From assembly GCA_008632985.1 (NCBI GenBank), contig QPGO01000083.1:1-64000 (forward strand): 64,000 nucleotides of DNA. The letters are read 5' to 3'. This stretch comes from Psammoneis japonica. Taxonomy: Eukaryota. The position numbers and the translations under genes are program-made. Positions 38,758 through 51,278 of this stretch are shown piece by piece (position 1 is the stretch's first letter; each line of letters starts with the position of its first letter). Under the pieces are notes generated by a model that was not told the origin of the DNA, made no database searches, and saw only the letters and a list, made by a program, of their open reading frames with translations.

Positions 38758-39747
38758 AGCTGCCTTTGGAGACTTTTTGGAGATGTCACTGCCCTGTGCT
38801 GTGTGGCTCCTTTATGATTGCGAGCTGAGCCTGGACACTTTGTCTTGTCATCCATTCTGTTCTCATGCATCATCCCCATTCTTTGAGTTGATCTGCATTG
38901 TCTTCAATTTTTAGACGTTGCAGATCAGGGGAGGGTGTCAGCCCATCTGTCCTGCAATGGACAGACTGCACACGGATGACAACCAGACCATTTGGACAGA
39001 TGAGTGGATTTCTCTGAGATCTGCCTCTGACTTCTTTCTGCCAGTGGTCATGTTGTCACAGTCCTGGTGCATTCTTGGAGTTCTCTTGAGCCCCGCCAAG
39101 CAGAGCCCCCGCTTGCCTTTTCTTCATGCCTCCAGATGGCAGGCTCAACTTGTGAAACACAGGAGGCCAACCTCACCCAGCAATTTCCAGTCCTTGTCAA
39201 CTCCAAATCATCAAAAAAGCTGATGACAGTGCCCCGCTTGCTGGCCTGCTTTTTGTCCGCATTCTCATTGAGGCTCATTGGCACTGCAGAGGGTGTGTTC
39301 ATGTGGCAAAGCAAGCTCAAGAAATGGCTTCACATGCCTTGATTCATTCCCAGCTTGCTTGACAGCATGAGCAGCTGGACAAGCTGCAAACAAAATGTTC
39401 TCGGACAGCTCATCTTGAAAATTCACATGTGTGCTTGTGCTTGGTTGTTCTCTGCTTTTTCCACTTGAAGTTGCTGGCATGGACCACAAGAATGCTGTGG
39501 GTTGGAGGCAGATGTGCAAGAGGTTTTGGCTGTGTTCCCTCTCCGGCACCTTCTTGAAAATGCTGCTGTTGACAGCGTTCCTGTCAAGATTGGTGGCAAC
39601 AGCATGGGTTGCATGTGTCTTGCTTTCTCCATTGGTCCAGCATTGTCACCACCAGCCCCAGATGCAATCGCGCACTTGTTGATTTCCATCAAATCATCTG
39701 CAGCTGGCCCTTGACTTGTTGTTCAAAAGTGTGAAAGAATCTCTCAC

Positions 39748-40377
39748 CTCAAGACTTTCGTTGGGCGCCACACCAACTTGTGGTGGATTCTCCAAGCAAG
39801 GGCGTTCCAAGCCATGCGAAGCGTTGTCTGTCAAAATTACAGAGCCCTTGATTGTGTCATTGTAAAAGGCACGAAAGAGGCTCATTGTCGTTTCCGCGTA
39901 CTTTGTGCCGACTGAAAAAGTAATATAAGCGCATTGTGACTTCCAAGAGAGTGAAGTTGAAATTATTATGATTGCAAATTCACTTGCGGCCAACAACATG
40001 TCTGCTCAAGGCTGGTGTCAAGATTTATGAAGTCTGGGCCGATTCACAAGTTCCAGGATCCGAGCATGTAAATGCCAAGAAGAACGCAGTAACGACGCTT
40101 CACACCAAGGAGTTCTTTGTGGATAGCACGGAACTCTTTATTGAGTCTTTCAATTTTGATCCGCGTTCGGAGGAACTCAACACGGAATGCGGAGTGATCA
40201 TTCGTGACTCCTACCTTACAGACAAGCTTTCCGTGCCAGCTAGTCAGCTGTAAGATTGAGAAATTGCAACCAAGAGGAGAGAACAATGGCACCGCCTGAA
40301 AGCAATCATTGCATTACCCTCGGCACTACGGCTTCTATTGGATGAGAGTGATCAAAGCAATTTTTTGATAATCTTAT
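39748..40377 (+). pseudogene. Partial duplicate of the PLD gene 3' half and 3' flank (2945-3773)
   Basis: High nucleotide identity to 2945-3773 with ~40-bp and ~160-bp deletions, a frameshift, and TA->CA/TG and CG->CA/TG substitutions. Confidence 0.93.
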
Positions 40378-40841
40378 CGCCCTGTTGTCTTTTCAATTGC
40401 TGCAGTCTAGTCGTAGCTGCGGGCACCGAGAGAGGATGCGAAACAATAACGGAGAAAGCAACGGACGCTGATGCTCACTGCGACAAAATGACGGAACCAC
40501 GAGTGCACATGCATGGCACTATTCGCAGCTAAACTATTGACTTGAATACTACATGCTTTTGAAACACGGAGCGAAACTTTTTGTCGTTCAAATGAATAAG
40601 CTGAACAACAGTCGTCCTAGTCCTCTTCCGCTGCGACGTACAAGTCGTTCGCTCAAACTATATACAAGAAAATCTGCTAACAAATATGCACAATAATGAA
40701 AGGAGCTGTCATCCGAAGGCCCAATGAGCTTCCTGGCGGTAACGGGCGATCACTGGATCAAGAAGTTGGATCCTCGCTGCGCGACTCGTTCTGGCTAAAT
40801 GAACATGCAAAATGAAGATCATGCCGCTCTTCGCTCTTGGC

Positions 40842-42143
40842 CTAAATAGGCTCTTCGGTGGTCACAGTACTAATCTGGGATCCGTCTGGATAGAAAACCG
40901 TTTCGGTGGCCTTTCGGCTGCCGTCCGGATACACGTTGGTAACAGTTTCCGTGTAGCTGGCACCTTCCACTTCCTCGAAGCTGTCACTACGTGGCTGAGG
41001 GGCATGGAACTGCGAAGGGTGCATTTCGGGGGGCGGGGTGACACGGTCTTCCTTTTCCGCTGTGTCGCTCGTTATTTTTCCCGCTTCGCTATCTGTAGGC
41101 CCTTCGTCACGTCTGGTCGTAGAATTCTTCTTCTTTTTAAAGTGCTTACACTTCAAGTAGATGTCGAAAGCTAGTGAGCTCAAGAGATCTATCCAGGACA
41201 CCAAATTGGTTAGGGACAAGACGGGCAAATCAAAGTTGAATTCGATGGTTGGATCGAAGTTAGCCAGCCACAACACAAACGTGATGAGTACGTTCATGAT
41301 GATCAGGTAACGGAACAACCTGAAATAGGTCCCCGGCCTTTTCCAACACGAGTCATTATTATTGTTACTGCCACAACAGTTGTCGCAGGTGACGACCCAC
41401 AAACAGACAAAAAGCATGATGAGACTCCATCCGCCGATGTAAAAAAGCGCCATGAGGTTCTGACCATAGTCTTCATCTTTCCCGACTTCTTCAGTTTTGT
41501 CAGCGAAGGTACTGAGGGTGTAGGCCATTCTACCACCTGGTGTGGCAAACGTCGAAAGGAAGAGTCGTCGATTGGAAAAAACGCATTAATTATAAAACGC
41601 CGTTCAGTACTTACATAGATCCCTGCAGGCTATGCTGGAGAATGTCTTGGCGTTGCACATGATCGTAAAGGCACACGACAGTTTTATAGGCACAATGGTG
41701 CCAGTGCCATCTCTGCTTTCTACGAACTTGACAAGTAACAACAGCTGGTTGAACAAACCCGAGAACAGCTTGTATACGATAAAGATAGAAAATAAGACAA
41801 CAGAAGCGCCCAAATAGAAGCTAATTCCGAATGTGAACACAATGTTGTTACTGTTGTAAACAACATTGTCCACATCAAGGATAGGACCAGCTTCGTTCAG
41901 GTAGTAGGTTGTATCCGAACACTCAAATGACTCATCGTTCGTCAGGACTGCTTCAAGGTACACTTCTACCGTGGGCGTGTAATAGCTTGATCCGGATTCG
42001 CTATTCGTATCCAGTGGCCATTCGTAGTATCCCTTCATTTCACTGAAGCTGATGCCATAGATGATGGCGTAGGCGATGACAAGGAGTAGCTGAACCACCA
42101 TATACCAGTTGAACTTGTCCTTCCATCCCCTCCTGCCAACCAT
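40842..42143 (-). CDS. Multi-pass membrane protein of unknown function, 2 exons (start may lie upstream, ~42249)
   Basis: ORFs 41604-42143 and 40842-41528 join in frame (…RDL-C-GRMAY…) across a 78-nt GTAAGT…CAG intron at 41614-41537. Several TM helices; C-terminal T.T..YPDGS repeats. Confidence 0.72.
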
Positions 42144-42985
42144 TGTGTCGAGCTAGCTCGTTGATGCGCCACGACAAGCACTCGTCGCTCAGCTCTGATA
42201 GATCTGGTGGGTCTTCTACATCCTCATGTTCCACACAACCTGCAAACATCGTTCTCTCATAAGTATCTTTCTGATTATTGATGATGGTTCTCGTTCAATT
42301 TTTTGTGAGTGTTGCGTGGGTACCACAGGGAATTGCTTGCTTTTTTGGTCGACCCTCTACTCTAGACTAACCTCCTCCTGGTTCTCGTTGTAGCGGGGTC
42401 ACCCGGAACATCCGACGATTGGAGGGGACCTCGACATCGAGGTTCGCATCGCACATGACCTTCAGACGCAGCAAGCAGCAACGATGATGAAAGCCTTAAC
42501 GGCAACAGCACCAACGGGGTTTACTCCCCAGTCCAGTGGCGCCTCGCTGCATCTTCCGAAGTGACCTTCCCGATCCCCGCCGTGCCTCGGGCCATTTTTC
42601 TTGCGGCAATTGCTCCCGCGTCATCTCGGTTTTCACCATTTTCCTCATCATTTCCAACCCCAGCACAGCACCGACAACCCTCTTAACTTCACTCTCTGTT
42701 CCTTTGAGCACCAACCCTTTGCCCTTCTTTCCTTCTTCAACTCCTCTCAAACAATGGTGCAGCCCCACACACATCATCCTTTCTCCTTTTTGACTGTGCA
42801 TGATCACTTTTCTGTGGCCACCCTGCACTTCCTGACACCACCAACAGCCCCTCCCAAATTCCTCCATTCCATGACCTCCCCCCAACACCCTCTGCTGCCA
42901 TCACTGCTTCATCCTTTCTCTGACCCAGCCACACACCAACACCATCAGCAATTGTGCTGGTTGCCGACTGCATCACTCTGCTGGA

Positions 42986-44620
42986 TTGAAAGCCAGCAGC
43001 TCTCCCACCACAACAACACAATTTCTGACCAGACACCCACCAGCACTCTTTGCTGACTGTTCCTTTGGCATGGACAAGTTCTCATTTGACCTGGACCCAT
43101 TTGATGACCGTTCGGATGACTCCTGCATTTCTTCCGATGTCTTTTGCAATTCATCCTCCCCTGACAACGATCTGCACTCCGGCCATCACAGCTGGATCAC
43201 CAACCCAGCGGCACTCTTCCTTCTTTCCTCAGTCAACAACAACACAGCCACATGCTCTGATGCCCCAACCTTTGAATCCCAAACTTGGTGTCAACAAGAC
43301 TCCCCAAATCTGACCCCTCTTCCTCTGCTGCATCGATCCCATTCCGATGCGGGCTTGCCAGATGTCACTTGCTGTGACACTGCTCTCCCTCCAATCACCT
43401 CCCGTCTAGCTCCTCTCCCTGCTTCCCATCTTTCTCTGTTTGCAATCCTTCCATTGCCACCCCATTTCACCCAGTTTCTCTTTGATCCTTCAGCCCCTCC
43501 CCACTCCATCCCCGAGCTTCCACCCTGTCGCTGCCCTCCTCAAGTCCGCCGCTTCCTCCATCAACTTAGCATGACCTCTGATCTGTCATTCTTTCCTCTC
43601 CTGGTGCTTGGCTGTGCCGTGAACCCCCACATTTGTGCACCATCACCAGATCTTGCCCTTCTCATTTGCGAGTGCTTGTGCAGCCATGCAGCTGATGGTG
43701 AGCCTCGTCCCATCCCCATCATTTGTCAAGTTCCCACATCTCTTCTTCCCTTTGAAAACTTCCTTCTGCACATCAATGACTGCCTTGGTTCCAGCAAGGC
43801 TGTCGCCCACCCTTTTTCACCCAGGAACCTCGCAAAAAGCCTTGCAAGAAACCTTGCAAGGAGCCTCCCACCCCACCCATCGTTGTGCCTGACCGTTTCC
43901 AACACCATGGACTCTCTAATTGTCAAACAGCACATTTGCCCATCCCGATTCAAGAGCAACATTGTTGAAGGAGACTGCACGGATCGGAAGCCACAATGGC
44001 ATCAGAGTGATCAGAAGAATTTTCCTGCTGGGATTCTGTTGTTTGCTGTGCCACAAGATGTGACAACAAGTCTGTTCCTGCTGCCAGGCACTGTGAGATT
44101 GAGGGTGCCATGATTTGCGCTGCACAGCGGTGGAAACCCAGCTGTGTCAGTGCCAAGTTGAAATGCATGGATTGCAAGAATTGGCAAACATGTGCACCAA
44201 CAATTTGATGTCAGAAGAGGCCACCAACTTGCTCCTGTTTTGGACATGTTGGGGCGCGGAGCTCGGGCTGCCTCCACATGGTGCAAGCAAGTGCAATGAA
44301 TGCGGGCGGCAATGTTGCAGCAATGGCAGGTGGCTCTTGAACTCTTTGCCATTGCACCTGCAGATGGCTTGCCCAGTTGATGCAAGGCATGTGACAGGAA
44401 ATGAAAAGAGGAGTTGGCAGCAAGAAGCAAGAAAACAGTGGCTCCTTGCAGGTGTGTCCAAGTGGCAGATGTGAGTGCAGGAGCCAAAAAACATGTCATA
44501 AAATTGGCACTGCTGTTGTCATTCTTGCAAACCAGCTGGCTTAAGAGCAAAACTGTGCCATGTGACAGTGCACAGAACTGAGATCACACATGCCTGTGCA
44601 CAACAAAACCAACTGCAGCA
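42986..44620 (+). pseudogene. Degenerate long ORF of an unidentified repeated element/gene family
   Basis: 375-aa + 119-aa Tyr-free ORFs. The 3' part is homologous at DNA level to 11600-12150 (minus). Confidence 0.45.
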
Positions 44621-47600
44621 TGCTGCAAATTGTGTGCAACCAAAAAATCCTGTTCAAATTCTGTCACTCCTCACTTCACTGGAGGGAGCCACAGGACTGA
44701 CTCAACATCAGACAAACCAAAGGCTTCTGAGTGCCAGTCCCAAAACATGAGGGGATGAAGGAGATTCCAAATCTGAGAGCACAACCCCATTCACAATTCT
44801 TGCTGAGAATGTCAGCGATGCTGCAGTGGAGAGCCTTTGATGAAGTGAAGCTCAAGGGAGGCAAAAGCAATTGCTTTGTGTTGCAAACATGGTAAAATGA
44901 CAGAGCAGTGTGGTGCTTGTGTGGCTTGAACTCCAGGATGGCAGCTCTGTCCACAGCTGACTTGTCATTTTCTTCCAAACATGCAACCAACATTGTGGGT
45001 GTTTTGCTTCTTGGAGAATCACAAATCAGCCAGGAGAAACTTGTTGAGAAAACAAATGATGTTCTGAGCCCTGAAAAGACAGCCATGATCTTTGTGCATC
45101 ATGGTGGAGCTGACAAAACAATTGATTGCTTTGGTCTTGTTGGTGTGTCAAAACATTCGTGAATGAACGAAGACATGTTTTTCTGCTTGACAAAGTGGTT
45201 GTGCTGCAAGTTGGTGACCCCATGCAAAAATCATGGAAATGTCTTTTCTTGAATGCACACATTCATGTGCAACTGGAACATGTCCAGTTTGCATTTCACA
45301 AGCCACAGTTGGTCGCCTTGTCAATGCAGACAGCAACAGCAGCAACCTGGTCAGGATTGGGAGATTTCACATGCATGGCCCTGCCTGGTTTTTCATGGCA
45401 TTTAGTTGGCATTCTGAGAACTGTCAGAGATGCATCAATGGAAAGGTGTTTGATTTCCTTTTTGTGGCATGGTTTTGGTGCTTTTTGCATCTCTTGGTTG
45501 CTGGGCTTGTTGGTCACACCACATTTGGAGCAAATGATCACAGATGCCTTGTTCTTCCACAGGTCAACTCCCTTCATGAAATCTGGGCCCTCATGGGATG
45601 ATTGTAGAAGTTGAATCCATTCTCAGGGAACTTGCTGCATCCCTTGTGTCAGAAGCATCATGATGACAATAGAGTGGAGCTCTCTTGCTAAAAAGAAGAG
45701 TTGTCTTGCAATTTGCAAGTCAAGGCAGGAGTCCAATGTCAGGAAGAGGAGCATTAAATTTCATTGTGAAAAGGACAAGGAGGAACACAAATTTCAAATG
45801 TTCTCAATGAGCCCCCCAGGAGGTGTGTGACAAAACCCAGAAAAATCACAGCTGCAACATTGTCTTGTTGAGGACACTCAGAACACAGTGCTTGGGCAAC
45901 TGCCAAGTGACACTGCAGGCAACAAGCTACAATGTGGTGGAAACACTGCTCAGTTGATGAACCTGATTCTCACCAGAGAGCAAGTTCAAACCATGACAAC
46001 AAAGCAGCTGTTTCCTGATGCAACATTCTTTTGTTTTTGCAGGGTCCATTGCTGGGCTGTGGAAGGCCAAGCCCGCACGCCCATTGATGACACCCACAAG
46101 AGAGCTTGGGCCTTGAAAGTCACCAAAGCATTGCCATGAAATTGAGGCATCAATGGGTGGGACATGTTGTGTGCACTTTGCATCACAATTTTGATGGGTG
46201 CATTTGTCATTCCCATTTTTGAGGATTCTGCTGGGTTGTGCTGACAAAAGGCATTGCCATCTAAGAATGGGCAGACCAGTGTGGCACTGTGCCAAAAAAT
46301 CAAAATTTGTAAGAGTTTGGACAGCATCTCTTGGCTGCAAGAACATGTTTCTGACAGAATGGATTTCACTGTGTCTTAACCTTGCTTGTCTTGTTGCATG
46401 AAAGGACTGGCTTCAACATTGTGACTGACTTGAATGTGGAAGAATGTGAAAGGAACATTGCTGCCAATCCAAAGTCTGTTCAAGCATGTCATTTGCAACA
46501 AATGACAAAAGCAAGTGGAGTCAAGGAACAAGCAATGGTCCATGTGCTGCTTCACAACCACCAAGAATCCACTCATCATGCTTGTTTGCATGCACTCAGC
46601 CTCAACTCCTTCCAACTGCCACCACTGAGCTCTGCAGTGACAGCACGCTTGCACTGGTTTTGCTTGCACACCAACAAATGCTTTTTGGCAATCTTCATGA
46701 TTGGCACAATCACTCAGTGTTGGTTTCATTTTAACTCAAATGTGAAAGTGTGCCAGCCCTGCCTGCAGTGTGCAAGTGCATGCTGCAGCCACACCAATGA
46801 TGTCAAACCATTTTTAAATGTGGCTGAGCAGATTTTTTTGAGAGACCTCAGCCATGAGAGATGTGGTGGCCACCATGGCCCACAGTCATCATCATCATCA
46901 GTGGCTGCAGCACACCACCCAGATTGCACCACACCTTGCATCCTTGTCACCACCACCAAGGTGATGCTGCAGCTCCTTGACAGAGTCAATTTCCTGGCTG
47001 GCATTGAGCACTGCTGCAGCTGCAGTGTTGGCAAAGCCAAGCAAGCAATGAGCAGCATGCACAGCTGCAATGGCCACTGCAGGGTTGTTGGAAAGGTGTG
47101 TGGTGTGTGAAAAAGAGCTGATGTCAAAAGTTTTGTGCCGCGATTGGAAAAGAGTGGCTGCATGAACAAAAAGCAAGTGGCTGCAGCAGCTTTGAGCTGC
47201 TGTTTTCATGTTTTTGGTTGTCATCACATGTCATCACACCATGCATGGCTCAAGTGGACACTGTGGTCATGTTGTTGTCACAATGAGGGCACCAATGACA
47301 CAGTTGTGTGATCTTTGTGCCCTCCTCTTGCAAGCTGTTTTGTGACTTCATGTGGTGCTGTCACATTCCTGTGATCAACCTGGTTGACAGCAAGCACTGA
47401 ACACAACACAAAGGGGATTGTGCAGCATGATCACATTCAAATCACATGATGTTCTCACTCAGCAATTTCACAATTGCTCACATGCACTTGCCTCTGAGAC
47501 AAACACACCCCAGCTTCACATGAATGTTGCTCTGTGCTCATGACACAGCATTTTCCTGCCTGCCATGGCTTCCCAACCCTTGAGGGCTGCATTCTTCAAA

Positions 47601-48984
47601 CAAAACATCTGGCTGTGAATCCATCACAGTCACCACCCCAGCCATCATCTGGTGCAATGTGTTCAGATGTGATGGGCAGGCACTGAAATTGGAAACAGAG
47701 CTCACCCCCAGCAGCTCAAGCATGCCTTGTGACACCAATGGAATGCAGCCAGCTGCCTTGCATTGATGAAGGTGGCACACCTTTTGTGGTGCCCACAAGC
47801 AATCAAAAGAAGGGGAGGGCTTTTGGAAATGACAGAATGTGCTTAAAATCAGAAAAGGACCTGAGAAAGAAGCACATTTTGGGACAGATGAGTGTGCTGC
47901 ACAGTTGACAGTTGCTGCCCAAGCATGTTCCAACACCACCCAAGGCTCTGTGCTGAAAAGAACTGCGCTGACCCATCATGGACAGAAGCTGAAATGGTTG
48001 AGGCAATTGAAGAATTCATGATTCATGCCAACTTGGAAATTGTTTGTCTGCCCAGAAATCTTCAACACAGAGAGGAGCTGCCGGCACAAAGAGAAAGACA
48101 GATTCAAGAGTGTTGGAGACAGGCACATGAGCACAGTGCTCATTCACACATTGGGGCAAGCTGTTGTGCCTGCTTAGATGCATTGCTCAGACACAGTCTT
48201 TTCAGAAGTTTTGAACACAGAGTTGACTTGCTCTGCATCTGGGTGCTTCTGCGCACGAAGCAAAAGAGGGGGCAGAAAAGAACACAAGTGCACAAGTCCC
48301 AAGAATTGTTGCACAACATGCTTGGAAGAAATCTCCAGAGCAAGCATCCAGAGAGTGTGCAAAACTGGCAGCATCAAGAGCACACCTGTTGAGAGCTCTT
48401 TCTTGATGACAAACATTCCAAACAGGCACGGCACCTTGCCCCTTGCCCTCAATCTCTGGTGGATGGCCTTCCCCCTTTTGGATTTGTGTGGAGCAGCCAC
48501 TGAGTCTTGCTCTCAGCTCATGTGGAGGGACTGTTGCAGAGAGCATGTTGTTCCAAACCAAAAGTGGCTGGCCTGAAAGTGCAGAAAGCTGCAGATGAGT
48601 TGTGGCATTGACTCCAAAATGTGCGCCATCTCGACTCTGACTCCTTCCTTCTCTCTTTTCTCCTTTCTTTTCTCCTCCTCTCTTCCTCTCCCACTTTAAC
48701 ATGATTGAGGGCCTTTTACATAACGTCATTTATTTAGCCCACACTTGGGCAAACTCAATCATGTTGGTGTTTTCCCTTTGAGTGCTTCGGACTCATTGAG
48801 ACTGCCATTTTCGCACGACTGGTCTCCGATTTTCCGGGTCCTTCTGTTCACTGGCGCGACGGGCCCGCGCGTGCTTGCTGAGCAACACATCATTCGGCAT
48901 CGCCGACCAATGCCAATGGCGTTCTTGTTCATTGCTCCTTCTTTTGAGTTAGCATTTCCCAAGCCCACGAACAAACACACAAAA

Positions 48985-50687
48985 ATGAGGATCACACAGC
49001 TGCTTTGCATCCTTGAATTTGCCCTGGCAACTGCGGTTGTGAACGCATCTTACTCGGATCGGCAGGAACAAATGCGTGACATTGTGCTGCGCTCAGGCAG
49101 CACGCACACTCCTGTTGTTGAGTCGTTTCAGAACGTTTCCATCAGTGAAGGCCTGGTGAATAAAGTTCTAGTGGATCTAGATCAAGACCAAGACGCGGCG
49201 TTTGATATTGTCATTTTGATTCGAATTTTGGGTTTTGGCGGCTTTGCGATTGACAGTCCCGCGAAACAAAACATTTTGGACACGCTCGTTCCGATACCTT
49301 TTTGGTTGGAACCAAACGAAGACACTCGTGTGTATTGGACAGAAAATCAAATGATCATGTGGATGTCTTCTGAATGGTTGCTGCAAGAAAACTATCCCAC
49401 CCTGAAGCAATATAGCTCCAACCTGCGAGACCGGTTGATTCACTACCTGCAGATGAAGATTGATTGGGGCTTTTCTGAGTTCTTTTCTTCCATTTACTTT
49501 CCTTTCACGCTTTCTGGATTGTTGAATCTAGTCGATTTCTGCAAGGATACCAATATTCAAGCGCTGGCGGAGCAAGTTTCACAAGAGCTGCTCCGTTTGA
49601 TTCTCCTGGTTTCGAACGATCAAGGACAGTTCCTGGCTGCCTCGGCGCGCAACAACGCAGGCTATTACACTGGAGAACCAGCCGTTGAACATATCATTTG
49701 GTTGCTACGTGGATTGGGCCCCACCCCAGGCTATGCTCATCAATCTACAGCATTTCTCTGCACGTCTTCGTTGCCAGTCTCCTCCGATGTGATTGGTTGG
49801 TACACGGACGGTGGTTTCCAAGGTTCCGTCAGGACAGGTCCATCCCTCTCTGAAAGCAAAACCTACAATTCTGGCCTTACCCGAGAAGAACGAACCATAT
49901 TTCAGTGGAGCATGGGGGCTATTTTGCTGCGGATGTGATCGCGGATACCCAGCATTTGGTGGATACATATAATTTGGGAAATCACGGCGGGCTCCAAGGG
50001 TTGTCGGTGTTTGAATCTATCCCCCCATTCTTTGCAAACATGGGGACGCAGCTTCTTTCCTCCGTATCGGAGAGCTCAGTCATTTCAGGTTTTGACATTG
50101 ACATTTTTCGTAACGGACCCTCCGTGCTTAGCTCGGCAAAGCAGTTTTGGCCGGGACGAATGGGTTTCCAATCCTTTCCTTGGATGGCAACAACAGGCAC
50201 CTTGCCGGTGTGGACACAAAGTGGCACAGTCGATGCGGGCTGGTCAAAGCGCAGTCCTTCCAACACTCATCTTCCTCTTGTGATTCAAGATTCAAATGTC
50301 GCGTTGATCATGTACAATCGAAAAAACGACCTTTCGCTTGTGGGCGATGCTCTTGACTTTGAGGTGTCGCTCTATTGGCCGCAGTTTTACGAGGAAAGAC
50401 AAACTGGAGGATGGAGAATCGGCCACGAGCAGCAATCCGGGGGTTACATTGCCGTTCGCCCGCACTGTGCGGATTTAGTCAATGGTGTTCTGGCGTGTAA
50501 AGTCGAGCATCAAACGTGGGCAGTTGTGGTGGGTAATCCACAATCTCATGGCACGTTTCAAGAGTTTGTCGAAAAGGTTCAACTAGCCACCTACGAACAT
50601 AGTTATAAATGGAGTTGGCGCAGATTCCGCAACGTTTTTAAAGGAAAAGTGGAGTTTGGTGGTATTCTAATCGAGCACGAGTGGTGA
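48985..50687 (+). CDS. Secreted protein of unknown function (signal peptide; apparent 1-nt frameshift at ~49915)
   Basis: MRITQLLCILEFALATAVVNAS signal. Conserved-looking blocks YWTENQMIM and GFSEFFSSIYFPFTLSGLLNLVDF. Adding one G to the G run in catgggggct fuses the two ORFs (WSMGGYFAADV). Normal TA/CG content. Confidence 0.8.
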
Positions 50688-51231
50688 AAGGCGCTGGATG
50701 TCGCATGAACTACGTAGTTAAATGGAGTTCGACGTGCCTTTAATGCACCGATGTAAGAATCAGTGTAATGGAAACAGTGCCTACGATGGGCAAATGTAGT
50801 AGCTGCCGGTAGAAGAGTCGCGGCACGGTGAGGCAAAAAAGCCCTCTCGACAGTCGCAGCTTGCTTGCTTTAGAGGCACAATAAAGTCGGGCGAACAAAG
50901 CAAGGATGCTCATTCACTCAGCCATTGTCACAGCCAGTTCTGCTGTATCGTTGTCTACATTTTCGCTGTCAATGAACACATCACCAGCTGGAACAATGGG
51001 GAAGGGAGGAAACACAGTTTGTCCGTGGTGGCAGCTGTCAAAACACGCATCTGCTGTGTTTGCCTCCCACAATTTGTGAAGGGAGGAAAAGCGTGAATGG
51101 ACAAGGAAACAAAATAAAGTTCAAGTGAAGGCTGGTGGTTGCATTTTTTGATGCATTTGGGCACTGCACCAAACTCTGCTGGAGCTGCACAACCAGCAGC
51201 TTGTCACAAAGTGCTGCCATCGCTCACCTTC

Positions 51232-51278
51232 TGACAGAGATCCCTGCATCTAAGCAGGAATGACACGATCCACTAAGA
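51232..51278 (-). repeat. 3' LTR (47 bp)
   Basis: tgacagagatccctgcatctaagcaggaatgacacgatccactaaga; 44/47 identical to 55437-55483. Confidence 0.9.

Noticed and set aside
44700..48600. Assignment of this old TA/CG-free block to a specific transposon family
   Set aside because: Too degenerate; no catalytic motif could be recognised by eye.
49905..49938. Programmed frameshifting or pseudogenisation of the secreted protein (and PLD at ~3471/3510)
   Set aside because: All breaks are single-base losses in short homopolymer-like runs in otherwise clean genes. Sequencing or assembly indels are the simpler explanation; reads are needed to confirm.
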